Assembly (NCBI GenBank): GCA_040285855.1
Contig: JAUFOQ010000005.1
Coordinates: forward strand, 1,488,001-1,552,000
Reading direction: 5' to 3'
Length of the DNA stretch: 64,000 nucleotides
Source of the DNA: Eukaryota sp. GEM-RC1
Taxonomy: Eukaryota
The position numbers and the translations under genes are program-made. The notes under the pieces are model-generated. The model made no database searches. It was not told the DNA's origin and was given only the letters and a program-made list of their open reading frames with translations. Below, piece by piece: positions 53,074 through 64,000 of the stretch (positions are counted from its first letter, which is position 1; the number at the start of each line of letters is the position of its first letter).

Positions 53074-55092
53074 CTAATTGAAAAGGAGAGGAAAGTAAGG
53101 AATCAAAAGACCGTTCCGATCAGGAATAAATCGCTTTTGATTGAGTTTTCTTTCTGGAATTGGTTCGTCATCACTAGGAGAAAATTCAAATATTACTAAA
53201 TTTTCACTAGAAATTTGAAGACTCGGTGGTTGATGACATAAACACGAACATTTGGGACAAACAAAAGGTCGTAGATAAGCACAAATCTTTTCAAAAGGTA
53301 AAGCAATAGAACACTGGCGTTTCTTAACCAACGGATCCTCAATCCACGCAAAATCATCAATTTTTAAAATATATTTGTTCCACCACGACACTGGAGGCTC
53401 ATGCAACACGTCATCATCCTTCAAAGTCAACAGACAACCAGAGAACTCATCAGACCACTTTGTAATCAAATTAAACACCAACTGTTTAGAGTGATCCAGG
53501 AATTGATTGGACACGTAACGTTGCAGATGCACCGTGACCTTCCTTCCTAACTTCTTGTTCACAACGTCACTTGCAATCAGCCCAACCTTGTCTAATACCA
53601 AGGAGCCAGAGTATTGATAGGAGAGGACATCGCTAGTAGTGTTAGTTAGGGGAGATGATGATCTTACCTAAAGGAGATGAGTGGCAAATGGTTGAGAAAT
53701 CAGAATATCGTGAGAAATGGTTCATGTTACGAAGCATTTCCTGCACGATTACCATATTTAAAAAGGTTTGGAAAGCGGCCGTTCGATCGGTTGAATCGAC
53801 ACAATTGATCCGGACGATCCCTTTCTGTTGTTGAATTACTTTAAATAGAATTCTAGAACTAGATTGGGGGATCAACTGACAATGAAAGAACTTTGTACTA
53901 GACAGAAGGTCTAATGCAAGGAAAGAAAGGCCGTCTTCGAACTCAGTCAAATCATGATCATGTGAGTTAAACTCATTTCTAAAATCAAAATTACAATATT
54001 TAATCATGTCACCATCATGACGTGATTTGATTGACTCAGGAATACACTTTGAATTGATAAACTCAATAGCATCTTGATAATCCCTACTAAGAATGCTTTC
54101 GCCAGTCTTCTTCTTACTCAACAAATCAACTACAAATATAGGAGCATTGTACTTGAAGAACAAATCAGAGAAATGTAAACGTGTAGCAGAACAGTAGGGA
54201 TCACGTCGAGTGAGGGTCAGTTTAGGTTTGATTTTGAACCCCCACCTTCTTGTCTCCAACATACAGGAACACTGCCACGAACACAGACATGAGAAGAGAC
54301 TGAACAAGACGTGGATACGATAACTTCTGATTCAATGAAGTTGGCGGCGTTGCCATTCATTGATACTCCTCTTTTAAGGTACCTTGGACCAGCGTATAAC
54401 CTGCTTCTCCTATTAACAAGAGTCAAAGTGAAGGCAGAAGAGGAGTGGGAGGGAAGAATGGTTCGTTCTGAGACATGGCCGTAGATGAAGTTGGTGCGGA
54501 AGGAGGTGGGGATAGTCGAATGCATAGAAGTGGAGTTCCAGACGAAGTCAGATCGGGGCTCATCGTGTGGAGATTGACGTTGTGGGTAGCACCCTTGGGA
54601 GGACCTTTTAGCAGAGGATATACAGAGATGTTGGAGGGTGTGGGAGAGGTCTAGGGAAGGGCAGAAGTAAAGGGCTTGCCAGTCAAAGAGTTCTAAGAGA
54701 GCACGATAGCTTGCTTCTGTTGCAGAGAGTGGTTCTTGTGAAAGGGAGAAGGAGATGACGTCAGCAACTTGGTAGATGGGTCGATTGAGGACAGAAGCGA
54801 CACGAGTAACAGATGATATGAGGATCATGTGATAACAGTCATGGAGTTTGAGAAAACCGAACAGGGCTTTGGCTTTGAGGATAAGCTTTGGAGTTTGGTT
54901 TGATGAAGAGAGAAGATGTTGAAGAGCTGAGTCTGTATATAACGTTTCATCTTGAGTGATGTTGAGATTTGCAGGACGAGTCCGCGAGACCCTCATCATG
55001 CGATACAGTTGAGATGAGGTTAATCCTACAAGAATTAGCTCAGACGGTGTTTCATATAGGAGAACTTCGTCAAAGCATTCACAAAGTGCCAT
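53074..55092 (-). CDS. FIG4: SAC-domain phosphoinositide phosphatase, FIG4/Sac3-like
   Basis: RRSRLYAGPRYLKRG, ANFIESE, RGSVP, DPY..RLHF..L, RINCVDSTDRT, DVLSYQYSGS; two small indels. Confidence 0.85.
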
Positions 55093-56143
55093 GCTGAAGA
55101 CTTAAGTGTCAGACAAATAGTCTTGGCTGAACAGACGGACAAGACAGAATTAGGTCTCAGTCAGGCAAGACTTTTGTTCTGATTAAATTGCTGATGTGTA
55201 TATGTAGAGTAGATGTATAAACTACAATGTATTAAACCAATCAAGTCCATATCTACTCTAGAGTCTAGACTACGTGATACTGCATTTTCTCTTCGAACGT
55301 TTCCAAACGATAATAGAGGATATGTGATTCCGGATTTTCCACTTTCTTAATTAGGTATGTACATGTACCTTTGAATATTGAAAAATACACAACATTTCTA
55401 GTTCTAAAAACGAACAACCAAACAAGCAGACATATATATATATTTATGAATATTTTATGATAATGGTGTGATTATGTTCACAGTAGGAATATGTTTAAAA
55501 CCCTTGGAATTGCAAAGGATAATTGAAATGAACCCCAAAATGACAAGACATATTACAAGAAAAAAATAACATGTGTGCAAGGTCAGGTATAGGTGAAAAA
55601 CAACATTTTATAAGTACACGTGTTCGTGCCATTTTTTTTAATAATCCATGATAACTAAATGTTGAGACCAAATTACACTGTATTTGAGTACTTCAGTCTA
55701 TTACTATAAACTGAAATATCAAGTACAACACAAGAAAACATGGAATATACGTTTTCAAAACTTTGATTGGAGTACAAAGATGGCCATTAGATTCTCGGAA
55801 AAATGAGTCCTTATAGTTTAAATTGGGTAGCAGAATACATGTGGATTCGGGAACTGAATTACTGTTGAAATAAAAAAACGGGCTTTTTGATCAGTCATTG
55901 AAATAAATGCATTTGCAGAAGTTAATAACTAACAGCTATATGTCAACTAAATACTTTTCAAAATTTTGTTCCGACTAATGTCCAATTTAATTTGTAAATT
56001 ATGTCAATGTTGGGTGTATAAGAACTCTATGTCTAGTGCTCCATGAATCTACATAGTTGTTAATGACTGTTCTATTGCAGTACATGTATATAAGATTTTT
56101 TCCCCAAAAGTTTGCTTGAATTAAAGATTTAATAATATACAAC

Positions 56144-57303
56144 TTAAATATCAGGATTAGACCACGTACAACTCGGCTGAAACTGAAACTCAATATTTCC
56201 CCCAAGCAGACCATCCACAAATCGACCAATCAAAACATGACCCCCAGTCAAAAACACCTTCCCTTTACCATGCCTCCTTCCATCTTTGAATTCTCCCTCA
56301 TATCTCTCCCCATTAGCAGCAGAGAACACCCCAAAGCCTTCCCTCTTATCATTCCTCCACTCCCCTTCATACTTCTCTCCAGAAGAATAATCTAAGGAAC
56401 CATAACCATTAGCTCTGTCATCCTGCCATTCTCCCTTGTAAACGTCACCATTAGAGTAGTGAAGTTCCCCTTGACCGTGTTTCTTAGCGCTAACAAACTC
56501 ACCTACATATCTGTCTCCACCTCCAAATATCAGTTCACCATTACCATGAGCAACGTCGTTAATCCATGAGCCCGTGTATTTCTCCCCATTGACATAATAC
56601 AAAACACCTTGTCCTTGCTTCAGATCGTTCTCGAATTGTCCTTCGTATCTATGATTAAAGACTAGTTATTCTAACAAACCGGTTACCATTGGGGAAAACA
56701 AAGGTACCTTTCCCAGACATTGTTCCCTTTTCCCACATTCCTTCGTAAACACCACCATCAGCATAATGATAGACACCAAACCCATGAAAAACTCCGTCAA
56801 CAAAATCTCCAGAAAACTTTTCAATCACGGATCCATCTTCATCCACATAAGTCACGGTTCCTTTTCCATTACGACGATCATTGAGCCACTCGCCGTCGTA
56901 AGAGTCACCGTTAGCATAAGTGTAGACACCTTTGCCATTCATCTGGCCTCTTGAGAAAGATCCTTCGTATTTGTCACCATCAGCAAAGAAGAGAATACCA
57001 GATCCATGCAGAACGCCGAATTCAAACTCACCTTCATATCTGTTACCATTGGCATAGTGGGCTACGCCAATGCCGTTAATCTTATCATCGGTCCATTGGC
57101 CTTCGTAACGACCGCCGTCTGCATAGAAATAGGTTCCAGTGCCGTGTCGTTTACCGTGAACCCAGGATCCACTGTAGCGTTCACCGTTGGGATAGAGAAG
57201 CTCGCCATTGCCATGCATTTGGCCATTAGAGATGCTACCAGAGTACTGAAGGAGAGAAGATTGGTGAGATAATCCAGTTGAAGACTGAGTCGCTAGAGAC
57301 ATA
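56144..57303 (-). CDS. MORN-repeat protein with one 31-nt intron (56649-56679)
   Basis: Tandem YEGEWxxDxxxGxG repeats; removing GTTTGT...CATAG gives NGNRYEGQF; start taken at MSLATQ. Confidence 0.9.
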
Positions 57304-57489
57304 GAAAAAGAAGTTGGATGTGAAGAAGATCTGATAAGTAGAAAATGACTCTCGAATTGTGTGTTTACTGTGAATTTCATAACAACTGCTTACTACTAGT
57401 AGTACTCCCAATTATGAAATTCACTCCTGTTTTCACAGGTTGTAAGAGACATATAGCGTCATCTGACAAAGACAATCATGATCTTCATC

Positions 57490-57720
57490 AACGGGTTACA
57501 TCACTTAGATAGACCGACTGCTTACACAGCTTACACTGCTTACACAGAACAAAGTTTCTTAGACTTAATCTATCTAAATGGATCTGACAAACATATCTAC
57601 CGGGATAGATACTTCCCCAGATCGGTCTCAAAGTGGTTTTGTTTATCATTTCTACCTATCTCTCCATTAGACTCTCCTCGACATTACCTCAGGACAGACA
57701 TATCTTCCAGGCCACAACTC
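57490..57720 (-). ncRNA. Candidate Fanzor omegaRNA scaffold
   Basis: Directly 3' of the Fanzor ORF: hairpin 57581-57623 and a 14-bp stem (57502-57515 with 57567-57580) fully paired only on the minus strand through G·U pairs; boundaries are estimates. Confidence 0.6.
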
Positions 57721-59607
57721 TGCTTTCTTCCTAGTCTGAATATTTTTAGCAGCGGAAACATCTCTGTCATATACTTGATGGCAGTTGGCACAGACTCTCA
57801 TTTGCCACCATCTGGTTGCTTCGTTTAGTGACATACAGCAGCTTGACAGTTTGCTAGTGTTGAATTCACTGGTGGGAAAGTGCTTTACTCCTTTTTGGTG
57901 ATTCAGCCATTTCCGAAAGCATCGAGCTGATCCATATCTTTTAACTTTCCTGAAATGGGAAGGAAAGTTTGCTGAGCCAACAGCCAGATACAGTTCCTCT
58001 GGATGACCAGAAATCTCTTGAAAAGTATTCAGAGCTTCACGAAAACGTCGTTCTCTGCGTCTTCGATTGTCGAACTTAATCGACTTCCACTTTGACCGGT
58101 TACTCTCTTTGTACACCTGTTTTCTTACCAAATTCCAGTGATTCAAATATAGGTGAATATTTTGCACGGAATATTGGTTCGGTGACATTTTGAGAGGAGA
58201 AGGGTTTGTTCGAAACTGGCGGCCTGTAGGACACTTGATCAGTCCGTGGTTTTCTTCATTCAAATAGTAACCACAAAGACGTGACTGACCAAGATCCACA
58301 CCCACTAATGGGCCTTCAGGAATAATCTCCTGGGCAGTTGGAGGGCGACGGCGAGGCTGCTTCTTCGATCCTTTTAAATTGATGGATTTGATGCAGTTGG
58401 CTTTAGGATCTTGCTGCATCTCAAGTTTTGTCCGCCTTTTTTTCTTTTTTGGCGGCTCTCCTTCTTTCTCCAAGGTTGGCTCAGTCCTGTGAAAGGTGAT
58501 CAGAAGCTCATTTCCGTTGGTTTTCAGTGTTAGCTTCTTGTAATTTTTTTTATAATTTTTGTTCCACATTCGAAACTTTGAATGTGGACAGGTTTTAAAA
58601 ATTCGTTTTAAAAATTCGTTGGAAATGAACAATCTTCCAGATCTTGTACCATTCGGAAATTTGGTAGAATTTCTGAAGATGTTTGGAGGTACATCCAACA
58701 GTTTTGACCCTTTGTGAGAGGCTAGGGGGATCAGTCGGAGCCGTCTCCAACAATGGGAAAAATCACTTAAATATGTTTCTAAGAATTGTGCAATTGATAG
58801 GTTAAAGATAAACAATTCACGAATTGCTTTAGGAGAAACGTTCATGTGGTCTGCAGAAGATAGAAGTCCTTCCGAGACAGGAAAACGATCGAAAAGATGG
58901 AAAATAAAATAGACAGCGTTAAGTAAAAAGATTTTTTCAGACTGATTGTCAATGGAAACATTAACAAAAGAAGGAGCATTAAATGGAAGATTATAAAAGA
59001 GATAAAGAAGATGCGAAGAAAATTGACGAGGTGTCTCAATGACCCGACAATGGGCATATAGAAAATTTTTAATCCAAGCTCTGGATATTTTGGGCAGAGA
59101 AGACTTAACGTTAGCTGCCAACTGACGAGAACGGCAAGTAAACCACTGCGAAAGATTAGGGCTATTCACCACAGAAAAGGTCTGTGTGGCTAGCCAGGAG
59201 TTCAAGAAATTCTGAAGGAGTAACCCATAAGTGAGTATATCAGAATTCCACTCAGAAATTAAAAAGTTTTGGTGTTCCAAAGTAAAAGGAGGAACAAAAG
59301 AAGCAGGGGACTCTGGAAGAAAACCATCATAGAAAACATTCAACAAAAGCCTTTGTCCTTTCGAAGTTTGAGGAGCAGGAAAGCTACTTTTGTTGATGAC
59401 GGTCATAAAGAGATACCAGACATCCTGTTCCGCAATAGCTCTGGCCGCTATAGGGAAAGTGACAAGGAAAGAATGAAGAAGCAAAGAAGCTTCATGGCAG
59501 ACTTCGGTGACATGAGGAATGTCAGACCGAATCTGGTGAACTGCTGAAGGTATAAGCAGCGAGTTCAGAGCACACGACCGAGTGAAACACTTACGTGGCT
59601 GTGCCAT
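57667..59607 (-). CDS. Fanzor (eukaryotic TnpB-like RNA-guided RuvC endonuclease), Fanzor1-like
   Basis: RuvC-I VGVDLG, AVGSANF at the canonical RuvC-II site, shifted Glu in TSEFNTSK, Zn finger SSCC...CANC, RuvC-III DRDVSAAKNI; uninterrupted ORF. Confidence 0.9.
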   Translation of the reverse strand: MAQPRKCFTRSCALNSLLIPSAVHQIRSDIPHVTEVCHEASLLLHSFLVTFPIAARAIAEQDVWYLFMTVINKSSFPAPQTSKGQRLLLNVFYDGFLPESPASFVPPFTLEHQNFLISEWNSDILTYGLLLQNFLNSWLATQTFSVVNSPNLSQWFTCRSRQLAANVKSSLPKISRAWIKNFLYAHCRVIETPRQFSSHLLYLFYNLPFNAPSFVNVSIDNQSEKIFLLNAVYFIFHLFDRFPVSEGLLSSADHMNVSPKAIRELFIFNLSIAQFLETYLSDFSHCWRRLRLIPLASHKGSKLLDVPPNIFRNSTKFPNGTRSGRLFISNEFLKRIFKTCPHSKFRMWNKNYKKNYKKLTLKTNGNELLITFHRTEPTLEKEGEPPKKKKRRTKLEMQQDPKANCIKSINLKGSKKQPRRRPPTAQEIIPEGPLVGVDLGQSRLCGYYLNEENHGLIKCPTGRQFRTNPSPLKMSPNQYSVQNIHLYLNHWNLVRKQVYKESNRSKWKSIKFDNRRRRERRFREALNTFQEISGHPEELYLAVGSANFPSHFRKVKRYGSARCFRKWLNHQKGVKHFPTSEFNTSKLSSCCMSLNEATRWWQMRVCANCHQVYDRDVSAAKNIQTRKKAELWPGRYVCPEVMSRRV

Positions 59608-61029
59608 GGTGTCGAAGTTTCCGGTCAACCATAATCACTTTCCTTTCATCATATTGAGTTTCCCACCCCCGTTATTGTCACACCTTTATAATTTGAAGCC
59701 TTGTCTTACACGGTTATTTGCTAGTCCTAGGTCCTCTTATCCTATGTATCTGCAATGCTCTGCTCTTAGTCCTACATCACTTGCTCTCGGTATCCTATTG
59801 CCATCTTCCCTTCTAGATTCCTTCCATACACCCACCACTTCCTGCTAGTCATCCCACTTCTTGTTTCTTAGCATCTCCCTTACAGTTTCTTTAGCTCTGC
59901 TTCCCCTTGTGATGTTCAAGTCTTTGCCTAGGGCTCTCCAATGAGGAAATCACTTACTAATGAGAAGAAATTCTATCCAAACTTCGCTTCTCCTTCAACA
60001 ACTAATCCATCCAGACGAAGAAGTCCCTTTGGATTGAATCTCATAAGATTCAACTTAAGAATTCGTTCTTTGCTCAATCATCAAGTTGACAGCGTTGTGT
60101 ATAGTATATGTTCGCTTTGATTCTATGTTAATCAATTTGTCTAGAGTGTTATTAATAATGAGCTCATTATGTATTTTTTCGATCGAATATTACAACGTTT
60201 TAATACACTGTATTTTTGAAAAACTTCTTATTATGTATAGATGCTATCATGTTCATCTTAATCCCTTAAAGAATGGGTATTCATGTTCACACGTTCTGAC
60301 AGTTTTTCAACAACTACAAAAAATAAGACAAATTGAAGAGAATCCCTCAATCCAAACAACTATATGTAACATCCTTTTCGTTAACCAAAAGAGTTGATAC
60401 CGTTTCTACCTGAACGAAGGATATGTGTGATGAGTTCCGCTCAGAGTAGCCAAGTGCCTGTTGAGGAAGTTGTTATGTCTATGGATCTGGCTGACATTGA
60501 ATCAGAAGAGGCGGATACCTTTCTGAAACTGGTCAGAGAGTCGAAGTGTCTATTTTTGTGATAGGAAATCACAGCAACCGTATAGCGAAATCTACGAACA
60601 AGTGTATATAAAGAAGTATGATACCTCAAAGAATTCAAATCAAACCAATCGAGTTTTCCATGACAGCAATTGCACTAGGAGGTTGAGGAAGGTTACCGTA
60701 AGGCATAACAAGATCGAAACAGATGACACAAGAGGAGAAAGAATGACAGTGAACAACGTTTTAGGAGTCTGGAGCGAAAATGGTGTTTATCACTATACCG
60801 TCTACAGTAGTATTTCATTGTTTTGATATCTGTTTGTATCTTTTTCGTCCTAAAACCATTTTTTTAAAAAATGTATATATTAAACAATATGTTTTATGGC
60901 CTCTTAGTGCCAAGTTTCTTTCAAAAACGCTGCCGAGATTGAGGTTCTTATTTTAATCGTACTGTTCAAGCCTAGATAGGAAGTAGATGAGTCCATTGTG
61001 GAGATAGATGTATCTGGGTAGAAAGGAAT

Positions 61030-61484
61030 TGACAATATTATCTGCTGCAACTTTAGTACTGGTATAATGTAGAAAAACCGGGTTTATGATCAATCAGTGA
61101 AAAATTGCTATCATAGTATAATCTACTCTTCATCTATTCCATATCCATCTTCCAGTAGTAAGCTTTGCTCGACTGAACAATCTTTCGAACAACTAAAACC
61201 TAATGTCAGTTTGTTTCATAACAGTACGAACAACTGCTTGTATCATATCTTATATAATTGAGACAACTTTGTACGAGTTGTTTGAAGAAAATTCGATAAT
61301 TGCAAATGAAAACACAACAATTTGGCATGAACAATTATTGTCACAATATTGCAATATATTGCAATATTATTGCATATTGCGATTTGAGACAATAAATAAA
61401 TTGTTGATCCAGCTGCTGACAATAAATAAATAAATAACATTTATTGCAATAAATTAAATTAAAATATATTTTTTAACATCCCTG
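61030..61484 (-). mobile_element. Truncated, internally deleted copy of the 7330-8140 hAT element
   Basis: Reverse complement of ~7330-7540 and ~7850-8005; one TIR (…TTTTTTAACATCCCTG) retained. Confidence 0.88.
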
Positions 61485-62494
61485 GTGTAATTCTCCCAAA
61501 TTTATCACATGACAATAAGAACACTGATTGATCAAATGCACTTCCAGTCACGATTTTAAAAGACTGGTAGTGAACTTCTTCGATAGAAAACAATGTTGTG
61601 GAGAGATTTGGTGTACACTCTTGTTGTTGTGATGGTTGTGGTGTATTCGTTGTTATTACTGTAGTTGTTGTCTTTGCATTGGCAAGTTCATTTCACAATT
61701 TGAATCTCCTAATCTTCAATACATTTGTTACTGTTTAATTACAACGATCTGATTTTTGCTGAAAACGCATCATGTATTCTATCTTTCTTACGTTGACTTA
61801 CTTACTTCTGCTTATTGTCCCCCAAAACAAATCATGATGACACTGTAACAAAAATTTCATAAATGGAGTTCTGAGGTTGTCCTGATATTACTATTATGAC
61901 TTGATTCACACAGCTTACATTCCGTAGCTCAAGATAGTCCACACTTTCCTACTTTCCAAATCTGCATAGTCTCCAAATCATATTACCTTTACAAGCTGTG
62001 ATTTAAAAATGGAGAAATTCTATTGGATACTGTCTCTTCTACTATTCCACATGAAAAGTAACACATTGAGCTTCATATTGAACTCATTCCAACAATCACC
62101 TGTTGATCCGTTCAGAGTAGGGTTGAGTAAACAACATTTGTATTTAAATATTTGAAATAAAAGCAGTGTATATATTTATTTTCGACAGCGGACAAACTGT
62201 TATATATATTTTTCAGAAGTGAAAAGCAATTAATTATTTTTCCCTTTTTCTCCTTCTATGAGACCTAAACTGCTCAAGATGCTAACAGTCTTCACTTTGC
62301 CGCCATTGAGACCAATCATGAAACTCCCGAGGAGATCCAATTAAAATTAAATAATCCAAGATAAAGGTTCAAACACTATATAGATAATTGATGGGTACAA
62401 GCACTATGAGGAAAATGATTCCATTACAATGAACTCAGCTGATATGTAAAAACAAGACATGTCATTTTCGAAAAGTAAAATCGTCAATAAATAG

Positions 62495-63240
62495 TGTTGG
62501 TCTTATATTCATATGATAGAGAAAAGTGAATTTATTATACAAATAGGTCCTGATGAGTCATGACACTAACATTACTTCTTCCCCCTTTTCGAGGACCTAG
62601 TCCTCTTAGCAGGTGGTGTAGTGAGAATGACGGAATTAGGAGTGTTACTAGAGTTTGAGTTACGATTACGACTACTTCTAGATTTAGCTATGAGTTTAGC
62701 TTTAGGTTTGGCGTGAGGATTTAGTTTAATCAAACTTGAGTAAGCTTTGGTGTTCTTAACCAGACTCAGAGGTTCCTCAGTAGTGTCGCCGTCAAACCAT
62801 ACGACGGAACATATGGGACCTGTAGGTGAATCACGTTGATCAAGGATCTCGATGACGACCATCTCTTCAGAGTCACAAGATGCTACTGCTTTGTGGAACT
62901 CATCAGAGGAGGGTTTGTCGGAAAGGTACTTGGTGCATAGATGGATGCTGGAGCGAAAGCGATGTCCGGTGACAAAGTTCTGCAGTTCAAGTGAGCTTTT
63001 GGAAGGTATGTCAATTACGAGGTACGGTCCCTCTTGTTTGCCATGAAGCTTCTTAGCTGCTTTGTTACTTCGTAGTACTAAGTCACCGATAGCAAATAGC
63101 GAGGGTGTATCGACTGTAGTAATGGAAGATTTGATAGATGACTGGGTGGTTTCTGCTTCTTCCCGTTTTTTCTCAATGGTTTCTCAAAACCTTTGGACTG
63201 AAGGAAGCGTAGATACTGGTACTCTGGCTTATTGCTGGAA
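62495..63240 (-). mobile_element. 3' end of another Gypsy-like element: integrase tail, chromodomain-like segment, PPT and a candidate 77-bp 3' LTR (62495-62571)
   Basis: GPY motif, VASCDSEEMVVIEILD..CSVVWFDGDT homologous to ORF 40256-40855; PPT GAAAAGGGGGAAGAAG then TAA, then TGTTAG...CCAACA. Confidence 0.85.
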
Positions 63241-64000
63241 TCGATCTGCAACAGTTGTAGAAATGACAGGAATTCCTAACTGGAGATACGATGATGCAAT
63301 CGTACTACTAGTAGAACGTAGACATGTGGATGGTTGATCTGAAATGCTGTATTGACAGGAGGTACAGTAGTCTTGGGAGGATCTACTACCTGAATTGCGT
63401 TGTCAGCAGGAGGTTCCAACACTATACGATGTCCATCTATAATGGAGTTATCGTCAAGAAACAATCACATCAAAATCAACGAGGTCATTGAATTTCTCGG
63501 ACGTACTGGTAGTGTCGCGTGATCGTGAATCTTTAGTAAATTGTTTGCAATACCAGGAGTGGAATCCTGATGGTTAAGTTGTATAGACGAAGCAACAAGA
63601 GCAGGAGTAGAATCCTGAGTGTTGGAGTCCTAAGGATTGGTTACCAGGACGGAACTGGAGTAGCTGTTTCTATTGGCCATTTGGAAACTGGACTTTATTG
63701 ATAGACATAAACAAAATGACAGTGCCTTTTGAATCTGATAGACCCAACAAGGTTGTTAGGAGAAGGCAATCCTTTGGGGAATTGGTATCCTTTCGTAAAT
63801 CTGTCTCCTCAAGCGCAGCATTAGTGATAGAAGGTTCTTTATTTTAATGCTGCATCAGCTACGTTGTAGACTACCAAACTGGTGATAGATTAATACCGTA
63901 TACCTTTGATTTCTTAACGGGGTCAGGTGTTGTTACCTGAGAGTCCGTGGAAGATGAAGAAGTGTTCGAAACAGAGACGGTCTTCTGGAGAACAGCAACC

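Noticed and set aside
53634..53668. Possible GTAAG...CTAAC...TAG intron in the FIG4-like gene
   Set aside because: Splicing it does not restore the DVLSYQYSGS frame; a small indel does
57425..57500. Fanzor guide matching a target inside this window
   Set aside because: No convincing match found by eye and the guide boundary is unknown; needs a genome-wide search

Overview
AT-rich eukaryotic (protist-like) genomic DNA, rich in transposons, with tiny 28-32 nt spliceosomal introns. Main contents: (1) an intact 646-aa Fanzor/TnpB-type RuvC nuclease ORF (57667-59607, minus) followed by a structured, G·U-rich downstream region that is a candidate omegaRNA; (2) an expanded intronless family of RNI-type LRR genes built from 84-bp/28-aa modules with a constant frame and hypervariable exposed residues (four near-complete copies with 14, 14, 13 and 21 repeats, plus fragments), showing module shuffling; (3) Gypsy/chromovirus-like retrotransposons with very short (77-81 bp) LTRs, one inside a three-layer nest of TIR elements; (4) several hAT-type MITEs with 8-bp TSDs, plus truncated hAT and MULE transposases; (5) host genes: TM9SF, Stealth-family phosphotransferase, FIG4-like SAC phosphatase, MORN-repeat protein, BTB-LRR protein and unknowns. 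Many host ORFs are split by 1-2 nt indels in homopolymer or CT tracts, most likely consensus errors. All calls come from reading the sequence by eye; no searches were run.
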